64,000 bases of DNA, taken from IMG/VR virus record IMGVR_UViG_3300044998_001357, positions 64,001 through 128,000 of that record, one strand, 5' to 3'. This document shows, in pieces, positions 50,601 through 58,250 of this stretch. The position numbers and the translations under genes are program-made. How positions within the stretch are numbered: the first letter of the stretch is position 1; every line of letters starts with the position of its first letter. A model generated the notes under the pieces. That model was given only the letters and a program-made list of their open reading frames with translations. It did no database searches and had not been told where the DNA came from. This stretch comes from a virus.

Positions 50601-53600
50601 CGGAGGAGGGCCGGCCGCAGGCGGTGCCGGCGGTTGATTGGGGGGGACTTGCGCACCACCACCAGCCTGAGCGCGTCGAGCAGCAAGGCGCTCCTTCATG
50701 GAGCCCAATTTAACAGGAGGTGGCGCTTCCGCCGCTTTCATTTGCAAGAGTTGACGGTCTAATTCTTCACCAATACGAGAGTAGAGCGCGTCATTAGTTC
50801 CTGTTGCCGGCAGTCCAAGCTTCTTGGCAAATGATTTTAGTTCATTATAATTCGTCGGCGCAGAAACGCCCATCTTGGTAAGCAGGCGTTGAATTTCGGC
50901 GGACCTTTGTTCCTGAAGGAGCCCGGCAGCACCGCCCTCGCCCTTACCGGCGACATCCATCTCCTCGCCCCACGCCGAGGTCATGCGATACTCAAGGGTT
51001 TCAGAAATATCGCGTATTTTGGAATAAATGCCGCGACGGACATAGTTCCAGGGACGAAAATCTTTAGGGTCTCCCTGGTGTTGTATAACGGCTCGAGCAA
51101 GAGCACGGCTACCCGTTTCATACAGAATACCCGTGGGGTCCGAACCCCCAGCCACTCTCCCAATCGCCCTATCGATGATTCCCTTTCCTTCGAACTTGGC
51201 ATAGAGCGCAGCTTGTTGCGGCGTCATCCGCGAAAGGATATCGGCGGCACTTTGCTTTCCTTTGTCTGTCTGTTTGAGGGACTGAGTTGCTTCCTGAGCG
51301 GCCTGAGCCAGCCCCTTAAAGACAGGCCCCGCCTTAGTCATTTCCAAAACGATTTGAGTGGCGTTGGTGAGTGCTACTTTTAACTTGGCTGCCTCGGCCC
51401 GAACTGCATTCGCGATATCGGCGTTACCCTTGAAGTCGCCAAACTCAAAGGTTCCAGTCACCGATTCGTCTTTATTCGATACTTTGCCGCCTTTGGCATA
51501 GCCCCGAACCTTACCGGTCTGGTTCATATGATTCAGGTTCGCCAGCCCAATCCGAGAGGCCGCTTCTTTGTTGATGACAAATTCACCCGGCGTAAGCAAG
51601 GCAGGCACGGTGTCACTGGGGGACATTCCGCCCATAGCGAACTTCCGCTGCAGGAGCTTTGCCTGAAATATTGGGTCCGCCGGGTCGATGATGGCGGAGA
51701 AGGAGTTGCCTTTTGCCTTCCAGTACCGCTCGCCACCGGGCATCGCTAGTAGGGAGCGAACATCCCTGGGGGAAGCGGCAATAATATCCTCCGCCTCCTT
51801 CTCGCTCAGTAGGCCGCATTTGACCGCTGTGGCCATGCTTGACCTGAGTCGTGACCCAATGAACCGCCTATCCAGCCGGCCGTTCGCACCGAACTTTGTC
51901 GGCCAGACGTAGTAGCCTTGGAAGTCCTCGCCACGGGCTGCTAGCAGGGACATCTTCGGGGTTTCCACAAACCCCCCCGTAAGTGACGCCAGGGCTTGTC
52001 GCGCCAGCATCCGCGATGCCGAGCCGGATTGCCGAAAATCCTCATTTACAACGAATATTGAATTATTAATGCTGGCCTCGTAGGGGCTACTGGACGGGTC
52101 AACCCCACTATGTTTCTGGTAGGTCACCATACGCTTGGCGGAATACAGGTCATCCTTGTGTCTAAACCGGACATTGACCCAGCCGTAATTTTCCCTGCTG
52201 TCCTTCGACACGTTCAGGTGTACGATGTCGTCTGGACCAGCGCCCGCCAGCATGGCCGTATTTTCGAAGCCGTGTCGCTTGATGAAACTGTTTTCCAGTG
52301 CCCCTGATACCCATATATTGCGGCTCAGCGGGCCGGTCACGCCACGCCTCCTGAGCTCCTCGACGAAAGCCGTGTGATTCGAGCGGTCGACACTACCACC
52401 GCTGGCGAACCCTAACCAACGGGTGATTCCCCCCACCCATCCCTTGCCGCGAGCCAGATTACCAAAGAAGCCCAGGTCTTTGGGCTTGTAGTTTGCGTTG
52501 GTGCTCAACGCCACTCGCTCGATGATGTTCCGCTGAAAACCGCGTTGACGCAACGAATCAAGCTGGGTATTCTCTCGAAGGTTGCGGTCCATACCGGTTA
52601 GTGACTGGGCAAAAAGGTCCGCAAACCCCTCGTGGGCGGCGTACCGATAACGGCCCATCTGAGCACTAACATTGAGCCTGTCGGCACGGTCGCGTCTTCG
52701 GGTAATCTCGCCCTGAATACGGCCATAACGGTGAGCGCTCGTAAAATCGCGCTTGCTGGCCAGACCACGCCAACCATCCAGGTAGTTGTCGGCCGCATGC
52801 CCCAACTCGTGAGCAAGCGTGTACTTCAGTTGCTCAAACGAATTGATTTTTGATTTCGCGAGAGTGATAGTACCACGCAGGTCGCTCACATCTTTGGATT
52901 GCCTGTATACCCCTCTTGCCCCTGGAGACTTATCGTAGGTGTCGACGACATCGATGGTTCGCACCAGCTTGCGAAAATCAATCCCGGAATTTTGGCTTAG
53001 TTCCAGCAGGGCCTTCTTGATGGTATCGTTATTTAGGACGAAACCGTCTGAGGTGTGCTTCCGGCCTGTCATTCCCCTGAATGAAGGTCCGCCGGGAGCA
53101 CTTCCCATCAGTGTGTTGGCCTGACCACCCCGAGCAAAGCGCTGAACTCTTCCCTCGTTGAGTTCGGTCAGACGGTCGTAGCCAATCTGTCGGGCAGAGG
53201 ATTTGCGAATGATGAATTCGCCCGGAGTGAGCACCGCCGGAACAGTATCGCTATCTCCCACACCGGGAACGACGCCGCCACGGGCAAACCCACGAATGGG
53301 TTTGCCAACCTGGGCCGTTAAGCTGTTGACAAAGGCCCGAGTGGCTCCCCCCAGGCTTGTACCAATCTTGACTGCGGCAATCGCGGCCAGAACCGGCACC
53401 AGAGGCTGAGCGTATTCCAGGATTTTCGCAAACCCACCGGCAATTGTGATGAGCGAGTTAGCCAGGCCCTGAAAGCCCTTGCTATCGACCAGGCCGCGAA
53501 TGAGTTTGAGGTATTCCTCACCCAGACGTGCCGTCTTGTTGGCCAATGTTTCCTGCCGGGCCTCGGCCGCCGCGAGCAAGGAAATCTGACCGGTCATGGC

Positions 53601-54788
53601 GACATTGACCGCCTCCTGGGCAACCCGATTTTCCTTCAGGAGCGGAATCACCTTGGAGATTTGCCGGTAACCGCCCAGCTGCTCCACCACGGCGGCGAAG
53701 CGGGTATCGGTCTCGCGAAGACCCGCCAGGCCGGTGCTGAGCCGGTTGACTGCCTCGTAGGCCCCGACGAACTGGTTTTCGAGGTTTATATCACCCAGCG
53801 CCCGAGCTTCTTCTGCTGTGTAGCGAAGATTAATCCCCAGTTCGCGCACCGCCTGAACCGTGTCGGAACGCTGCAGACGAGTAAAAATGGTCCGTAAGCC
53901 CGTGGCAATCGTATCAGCCGATTCTCGAGTGGTTGCCCGTACCGAGGTGAACAGACCCATGAATTCGGCCAGGGCTTCCTGACCGGTCTTGGCATCACCG
54001 GCGACCGCAACGAAGGCACCACCCGCCTTTTGTATGGCGGTGATAAGGTCGCGCGACTCAACGGCGAAAGCACCGGCCACGGCGTTCATCGACCCGAGCA
54101 CCGAATTAAAATCCGCTGCCTGGGTCTTGAACTGACGCCATACAGCAATCAAACCTTCGGTGGTTTGCTTAATGGACTCAAAGTTGGGAGCCAGGTCGGA
54201 GCGTGCCAGCGCTTCCATGGCCACCTTGATCTCCGTCGAGGCCAGACCCGCCTGTTTCAAGACCACAGCCGATTCGGCGAGGGCCTGACTCGACACGCCC
54301 AAGGAGGTCGATAGCCGATTAATCTCGGTCCGGATTTCCGAGATACGATTGGTGGTATCACCTGAAACCTGGGCAATCTTGTTCATCTCGACATCAAAAC
54401 GAACCGCCGCAGTGACTGCCTGCTGGAAGGCACGAACGAAAGTAATCAACGAGCCTGCGGCCGCGCTAAAGGCCACAAATCGTCGAGTGGCCAGACCGGC
54501 CTGGCTGGCAAAATTTTCTAGCTGATTCACCCCGCCCTGGGTAACCCGGACTGTGGCAGCCAGGGTGGCATTCATGGTGGCGGCCTGAGACTGCACCCGA
54601 CGAAGGGCTGCTTGGGTTGCCCCCAGGCCCGAATTCAGACGTGCGATGCCCTGCCGAGAACCAGAACTGTCAATCGAGATGGTCGTATTTGCGCCGCGAA
54701 GTTGCTGATTGATACCATTGAGAACCTGCGGCAGATTGCGAGGCCCCTGAATGTTTAACTGAGCGACAATGTCGAAGACCTGAGCCAT
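44637..54788 (-). CDS. Giant tape measure protein with internal cargo domains
   Basis: N-terminal TMP core (FDVEMNKIAQV...), long helical regions, glycine-zipper TM segment, follows tail tube/chaperone genes. Confidence 0.88.
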   Translation of the reverse strand: MAQVFDIVAQLNIQGPRNLPQVLNGINQQLRGANTTISIDSSGSRQGIARLNSGLGATQAALRRVQSQAATMNATLAATVRVTQGGVNQLENFASQAGLATRRFVAFSAAAGSLITFVRAFQQAVTAAVRFDVEMNKIAQVSGDTTNRISEIRTEINRLSTSLGVSSQALAESAVVLKQAGLASTEIKVAMEALARSDLAPNFESIKQTTEGLIAVWRQFKTQAADFNSVLGSMNAVAGAFAVESRDLITAIQKAGGAFVAVAGDAKTGQEALAEFMGLFTSVRATTRESADTIATGLRTIFTRLQRSDTVQAVRELGINLRYTAEEARALGDINLENQFVGAYEAVNRLSTGLAGLRETDTRFAAVVEQLGGYRQISKVIPLLKENRVAQEAVNVAMTGQISLLAAAEARQETLANKTARLGEEYLKLIRGLVDSKGFQGLANSLITIAGGFAKILEYAQPLVPVLAAIAAVKIGTSLGGATRAFVNSLTAQVGKPIRGFARGGVVPGVGDSDTVPAVLTPGEFIIRKSSARQIGYDRLTELNEGRVQRFARGGQANTLMGSAPGGPSFRGMTGRKHTSDGFVLNNDTIKKALLELSQNSGIDFRKLVRTIDVVDTYDKSPGARGVYRQSKDVSDLRGTITLAKSKINSFEQLKYTLAHELGHAADNYLDGWRGLASKRDFTSAHRYGRIQGEITRRRDRADRLNVSAQMGRYRYAAHEGFADLFAQSLTGMDRNLRENTQLDSLRQRGFQRNIIERVALSTNANYKPKDLGFFGNLARGKGWVGGITRWLGFASGGSVDRSNHTAFVEELRRRGVTGPLSRNIWVSGALENSFIKRHGFENTAMLAGAGPDDIVHLNVSKDSRENYGWVNVRFRHKDDLYSAKRMVTYQKHSGVDPSSSPYEASINNSIFVVNEDFRQSGSASRMLARQALASLTGGFVETPKMSLLAARGEDFQGYYVWPTKFGANGRLDRRFIGSRLRSSMATAVKCGLLSEKEAEDIIAASPRDVRSLLAMPGGERYWKAKGNSFSAIIDPADPIFQAKLLQRKFAMGGMSPSDTVPALLTPGEFVINKEAASRIGLANLNHMNQTGKVRGYAKGGKVSNKDESVTGTFEFGDFKGNADIANAVRAEAAKLKVALTNATQIVLEMTKAGPVFKGLAQAAQEATQSLKQTDKGKQSAADILSRMTPQQAALYAKFEGKGIIDRAIGRVAGGSDPTGILYETGSRALARAVIQHQGDPKDFRPWNYVRRGIYSKIRDISETLEYRMTSAWGEEMDVAGKGEGGAAGLLQEQRSAEIQRLLTKMGVSAPTNYNELKSFAKKLGLPATGTNDALYSRIGEELDRQLLQMKAAEAPPPVKLGSMKERLAARRAQAGGGAQVPPNQPPAPPAAGPPPPPPDPQGRPPYPQLGYNPLVGLNPAMPAPAWLNQLPTSGRASSSTPSESGEQAWFLARLPNPAFAAKDPVAVRYQEQMLAATRAVNLDKAVERQLRQGRNFERAQAEAAASTIALLRLQRQQNNPFVDPLYLKQYAKDTSGMPGSFVAYGLPGSSLRQKKLEELEAYKSRPKVLGISSTAEVNPALMARDPRAVHYQEQVLAAARAAQAMEKSRQRQESNRYADPLYVKQMVKDSTGMPGAYVSQGLPGTKLRAERVKALDNYKFQMEVKATQKDFDNSVKRRDPGFNPNLIQSDPEAVRYQEQIIANLAGEKMMQKKEERYQARNYVDPLRQRQEAMLQDQSTGAAVYAFGAAGSKKREEAVAKMRQKQEEKRQAQVRAQEAQARYNQQKLQDYRNDPGVVTMRILEQFRNSGSKDMTPFLEQAKGSLSPTQLAILEKRMLQSIGLRSESLTQVNEAGEIVPTGGLASRAQTEANRRMSRLGGANNLSQTTQTRIQQEALAAESAKTERELYSAQRRLLAKLNPQMSAMELHRKATEDVAAAMSGQARVIRLNTGQIAGLESTVRQANTRGIDAPLAGGLGYRLGGMAGAVGNWLTTPSRLAQRLDNSPVANIFSGPGAIAAMMAVPAMSAFFDNRAGRVEDAVTAGSTSYYANNRAISGGLQGALVGGTIGATVGSMIPLVGTVIGGAAGAIVGGVAGVVSALRESADEIRQVKINNALTIFSDKIQQLANLGPATDGRFITAARDSLRTARAEAFEKNRIASTYFFSGYDPKGFGELQARSLRQDFGQQLPSMMSYLQRNAESLGRAQYNGDIGRIIQQLRASGDGLNDELVRLIASIRGLSIDDVFLELRKSVLQGQQATLSERRNLEGRQTDEKNINSFGRLLLAVQSASDSLLELRQRGQALAEVFDGTIGASRVSIRAENLDQLGRLDRGGLQPLQTVAAIGGEMGARLLNTGTQVDNLSRVLPGILATVVAGAQNNSEADVVTQVDRLLRERLGDDTEARVARASVRRRLNEELSSDRGGLTNLINQVQVDTTALSGSLLQNLAEPLKNIGGKVARQLEDNANQLTEQLTQLTSRLRQIGESFDQLASVQTSRFRQNLEVMASRAGRGNQALDFAGLEQLEFGQRSRQSRLAGVAGPAAFDPILLGRRLGETRAQLLNAERNQQQEFIKTGGRGPAFAQAAEEVLRLKSRAADLQTALRNLTDVTNQTSVAQEKLSRLQQEKEGRLGLAERFATAGPEEMVRMNRGLLLANEAARQGNLDNFSADDRRSIIETLRSAGGVTLTGFAGSPRADDLLKNLLSNSFGGAFRLNDGQQQEERQLQDVIGQRFKAAEDATIQLIQFQQQNSAEFFRNLGTQQEQFFARLEAILLKERLVEAENRQGILSAQSGRLGRLANQRDMLAGIGVTTTDQYVALQNQRGSAESLIRGLTQRSQINTARERALADVDNVQINGNLPQQQESLFRWLQNQGVDQKSAQRIAYERFAKVRTKPITPEEVHTPDGYNRVLRDDIRKAIKLELGDAKAGGEFARVNQEIETAIASLRGIRGLDTAGLEKRLQQGGPRAAQEFLEALNAFNTTDNRLENLGTEINKVNSELKALADTIARLRQQIPGGNVPPQGAPARLATGGNVAGHPGSPLGTDTVPAWLTPGEFVVNRRSAQANAGLLRRINSSTSPVYLARGGTAELEEQLRMEAAINPFGASAMVLQGWVANNYIRNNLFRDRKFNERQKRFFVAAQVGQLAMASQMENFIQRSSFGGLGRPGEDGQRNIAMSLLSREGMIRKENASQSREYQRWLRSVTQPGVVMVGAKRPLRMATGGPVPGSGIFDTVPALLTPGEFVLNRRAASGLGAPTLERLNQGGAVGGQSIPGPSIPREAIDQLSRTLNAFVRAAGGFGEVVGRLSQGFTSFLGSANALADAISRIPQNITLQGTHQVNVNINGAEVLSRISPEIQAMITKEVRASLNRIFREQMPDSGVNLD
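44997..53288 (-). repeat. Four AxGG...DTVPAxLTPGEF...GG protein modules in the TMP
   Basis: Copies at 53124-53288, 51486-51641, 45534-45710, 44997-45137; lone FASGG at 52395-52409. Confidence 0.9.
49500..50420 (-). repeat. Three ~105-120 aa repeats in the TMP
   Basis: NPxxxxxDPxAVxYQEQ...DPL..Q...G starting at 50420, 50054, 49739. Confidence 0.85.
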
Positions 54789-54848
54789 CGTAGCACCGAT
54801 GATTGGTTCAGGCCCCCAACATCAAACGGGCCAGGGTTGCTCAAACAA

Positions 54849-55631
54849 TTAGTTCAAATCGTCAACGAATTCGGTGAATTCGACCTTGAACTCACCCTCT
54901 TCGGTCAACAGATTACCATCGATATCGATGAGTTGACCGGCCTCGTTCACCAGACGACCCTTGTCGTCGATTAGCCGACCCTTGTCGTCAATCGGGCGGC
55001 CGTCCTTCCGAATGAGCCGCAGGTCGCTTGCTCGACAGAAACCGTACTTGATAAGGAAACGGTTTTCCGGAAGTTTCTGGAGGTAGTCATCTTCCAGACC
55101 GTAAAGCAAATTCCCAAGCTGTTGTGAGGCAGGGAAGATAACAGGGTCGTTTTCCCGGCTCAGATAGTCATCCACATCACGGAAGTACGGTTTGCCTGTA
55201 TCGCTATACACCACCAGAGTGGCCATCAGGTAGTTGAAACGAGCCCGTTCGGCGTAGGCCTCGGCGGTGTGTTCATCAAGCTCATTTCGCTCGGCTGTCA
55301 TCTGACGAAGCTCATTTCGCTGCTCCCGCATCTGGATGGCAATGTCCCGAGCTACCGACAGGGGGATACCACCCTGGGCCAGTTTCTTCTCGTTGGCCCA
55401 CAAATCGCGATTGATTTGCTTGAACTTCGCTTCCTTCTCGTCATCCCAGAGATTTTGTTCTCGCAGAACGCGTTCGATGGCCTGCCGGACCATCAGGCCC
55501 GACTGAGTGGCGTTGCGAAACTCGCGGTTGTAAACGAGTTGAGCCTGCTGCGAGACCCGGTGGTTAGGCCTGAGTACCGAAAAAGCGACCTTCTTGCCCT
55601 CAATCTCTACCTCAAAATTCTTCTTGTTCAT
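54849..55631 (-). CDS. Putative tail assembly chaperone
   Basis: Immediately upstream of TMP; C-terminal DxxGRLI repeats. Confidence 0.55.
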   Translation of the reverse strand: MNKKNFEVEIEGKKVAFSVLRPNHRVSQQAQLVYNREFRNATQSGLMVRQAIERVLREQNLWDDEKEAKFKQINRDLWANEKKLAQGGIPLSVARDIAIQMREQRNELRQMTAERNELDEHTAEAYAERARFNYLMATLVVYSDTGKPYFRDVDDYLSRENDPVIFPASQQLGNLLYGLEDDYLQKLPENRFLIKYGFCRASDLRLIRKDGRPIDDKGRLIDDKGRLVNEAGQLIDIDGNLLTEEGEFKVEFTEFVDDLN

Positions 55632-55912
55632 GCCTTCTCCTGACGACTGTTTCTGGTATTGGTTTCTCGATTGTTTAATTCTTTTTCAATACTTCGCAAC
55701 TGATGGTTGGCATGATTGAGAATATCGGTACGACAATTCTCCCACTCCCTCCGCCACGCGAGCTCATTCTCTGTACAATCTTTCTGGGACTTGCCATGCC
55801 CCCAGAGATGGCCAAAATAGTGCTCAAACCGAGCTAGCGCCCCAATAAAACTCGTTCTGCTCTTAGATGCAACTATCTGACTAATTGACTTGGGTTTTTT
55901 GATGTTATCCAT
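55628..55912 (-). CDS. Hypothetical protein
   Basis: Coupled to both neighbours. Confidence 0.7.
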   Translation of the reverse strand: MDNIKKPKSISQIVASKSRTSFIGALARFEHYFGHLWGHGKSQKDCTENELAWRREWENCRTDILNHANHQLRSIEKELNNRETNTRNSRQEKA

Positions 55913-56976
55913 TATCCACCTTTCATCATTCGATTCAGTTCCATCTTAATTTTACGCTGAGTGTCTGGCATGTCTTGTTCGTTAACAACCCCCTTTTTGT
56001 TCAAGTAGCTAAAGCGCTGCTTTTGAATACTGCGCGCAAAATCATCGTTCAGTTCCATTACTCTACGCGCATCATCATCGTTTTCGGCCACTAGGAAAAC
56101 TTCCTGGGCCTTGGAAATTTTTTCATTGGAGATATCCTGACTGACGTTACGAGACTTGAGCTCCGACTCATGCTTTCGTTTTTGTTTAATTAGCCATCCA
56201 TCAAACATGTCATCGTCTGAAAGTATCTCTTCATCGGGACAATCTGGTGAAGAGTAAACTTTCTCGTAAAGTGAGGATATCTCAACCAGAGCTATTTGTT
56301 CTTCGGTATGCATCGAAGCAGGAACGCCAAATAACTTTCCCTCGGTGGTTCGGGCGTTCCAGATTGACCGCCATGGGTCTGTCCTGGCTAGTTCTCGAAG
56401 CGTGGCTTCGTCCAGTCGTGTCTGTCCATAAGTAACCATCGCTTCCTCAATGATGGTGTCTTCGGAGTTCCAGTACGCCTCCTCGTCGGCAAAAACAGGT
56501 CTTCCATCGGGGTAACGCAGAGCAAAAGCCAGTAATAGTCTTGCCTTGGCCATGTCGGCGACTCCGTTGGCGGAATAGTGATAATAAACATTTCGCTCAG
56601 ACTGAAGGCTGTGAAGTGTCTCCTTGGCCCTGGTCAGAGCTTTTCGAATCGAGGCGTTTTCCGACGAGCGAAACCGGCTATCCAGAAGACCAACCTTGAA
56701 TTGCTCAATTTCCTTGGGTAGGGAGAGCAAAAGTTTTTGTTTCTCCTCCGTCCACAGACCCAGTTCCATCAGCAGGCCGAGTGCTTCCTCAGCGGAATAT
56801 AAATTTTGCTCCATCGCGGCCTGATAGGTTCGCTCGTGTAATTCGCATGCGAGATACTTCTGCTCCTGGGTTACGTTGGTAATCAGGATAACCCCACGCT
56901 CCAGTCGCAAACGAACCGTGCCTGAACAAATCCGCGCCACAAGAAGTTCCCTGCGGTCACGACTTCTGCTCACCAC
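55912..56976 (-). CDS. Putative tail assembly chaperone-like protein
   Basis: Helical, between tail tube and TMP, AAGGAG RBS. Confidence 0.5.
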   Translation of the reverse strand: MVSRSRDRRELLVARICSGTVRLRLERGVILITNVTQEQKYLACELHERTYQAAMEQNLYSAEEALGLLMELGLWTEEKQKLLLSLPKEIEQFKVGLLDSRFRSSENASIRKALTRAKETLHSLQSERNVYYHYSANGVADMAKARLLLAFALRYPDGRPVFADEEAYWNSEDTIIEEAMVTYGQTRLDEATLRELARTDPWRSIWNARTTEGKLFGVPASMHTEEQIALVEISSLYEKVYSSPDCPDEEILSDDDMFDGWLIKQKRKHESELKSRNVSQDISNEKISKAQEVFLVAENDDDARRVMELNDDFARSIQKQRFSYLNKKGVVNEQDMPDTQRKIKMELNRMMKGG

Positions 56977-57120
56977 GCTGCTCCTTTAGTAAACGAAGAA
57001 GTTCGTCACGCTCCTGAATCAGTTTCAGTTTCTCCTGTCGCTCCTTATCAATTTGCTGGCAGGATTCGATGTATAGTTGCCCGACATACTTGCAAATTTC
57101 CGTGAAGTCCATATATACCC

Positions 57121-57150
57121 TCAAACAAAAACCCTCGTTTTCACGAGGGT
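57121..57150 (-). terminator. Rho-independent terminator after major tail gene
   Basis: 8-bp stem ACCCTCGT/ACGAGGGT followed by TTTTGTTT on - strand. Confidence 0.8.
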
Positions 57151-57185
57151 AAAAAGAATCCCCTGAAATAGTACAAGGCGAACGC

Positions 57186-58187
57186 TTAGGTCAGACCACT
57201 CGGGTCTTGCGGGTGAGTAACCTTCATATCGTTGAAGTTACTGTACGTGTACGTCAGTGTCATGTTGCCACCGTTCTGACCGGCGTTCGCGCCACCCTGG
57301 GTCACGCCCGAAAGCTTGTTCTTGGAACCGCAGTGGACCACCAGGCCTTCGCGGGTCTTAATCACGATGGTTCGGTCCACGAGGTTCGAGGCATCTTCCA
57401 GTGCCGACACCTTATCGCCCTCGGTGGCAATCACCTCAATTTCCGTGGTGACCTCGACCGGGAAGGTCGCATAACGGTGATAGGGGCCTTTTCGTCCCAG
57501 TTCGAACATTTGCTCGCGACCTAGGTTGGTCGACACGCGAATACTCTGAATCGGCACCTGGAACCGGTCGCCGGTAACCGCCAGTTCGTTGGTGCCCGAG
57601 GCCGAAATGCCCGGAATATCCTGGGGCAGAAGGCAGCCGGCCGAACCAAAGAGTACGTCCTCGCGGCGATTCACGCCCTCAGGCGCGAGCGGCGAGTCGT
57701 TGTTGTTAAAGGCCGTGGCGGTAAAGGTATTGTTCCAGACCTTGTTGTTACCCACCAGTGTCACCGATTCGGTGCTGTTGTTACCCACATTAAAGCTGTA
57801 GCTTACCGAACTCACATAGACTCCCGAAACCGTCATCTGCGACAGCGGGACGCCCGAAGCCGATTCCTGCACGTCCGAATAAATACTCGCGCCAATCGTG
57901 GCTCGAATATTGGAGCGGCCCGACAGGGTAGCGCTCGAAGCCCCTTTGGTGGCCAGCAAATAAATCGGGCAATAACCGTCGAGCACCTTCTCGAGGGTAA
58001 CCTCCACATCCGGAATGTTTTCGATGTTTTCGTAAATCGAAATCTGGCCAATTTCGAACACCTGCTCCAGGTTGAATCGAGTATTGACGCCGGCCTGCTG
58101 CAAACCCTTAACGCTAGTGTAAATGTTCTCACCGCATCTGGAAATGCCAACCTGCTGTACCGCGTAGTAAATACGCTTATTGCTCAT
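57186..58187 (-). CDS. Major tail tube protein
   Basis: Beta-rich, two internally similar halves (EQVFEIG / EQMFELG), own terminator, GGAG before ATG 58187. Confidence 0.7.
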   Translation of the reverse strand: MSNKRIYYAVQQVGISRCGENIYTSVKGLQQAGVNTRFNLEQVFEIGQISIYENIENIPDVEVTLEKVLDGYCPIYLLATKGASSATLSGRSNIRATIGASIYSDVQESASGVPLSQMTVSGVYVSSVSYSFNVGNNSTESVTLVGNNKVWNNTFTATAFNNNDSPLAPEGVNRREDVLFGSAGCLLPQDIPGISASGTNELAVTGDRFQVPIQSIRVSTNLGREQMFELGRKGPYHRYATFPVEVTTEIEVIATEGDKVSALEDASNLVDRTIVIKTREGLVVHCGSKNKLSGVTQGGANAGQNGGNMTLTYTYSNFNDMKVTHPQDPSGLT

Positions 58188-58250
58188 TTTGGACTCCGTG
58201 TACACCTCGCCGTGTTTATCCACGAACAGGTACACCGGAATCCAAAACGA

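Noticed and set aside
54849-56976. Programmed frameshift in tail chaperone genes
   Set aside because: The three ORFs have their own starts with stop/start overlaps; no convincing slippery site near a stop
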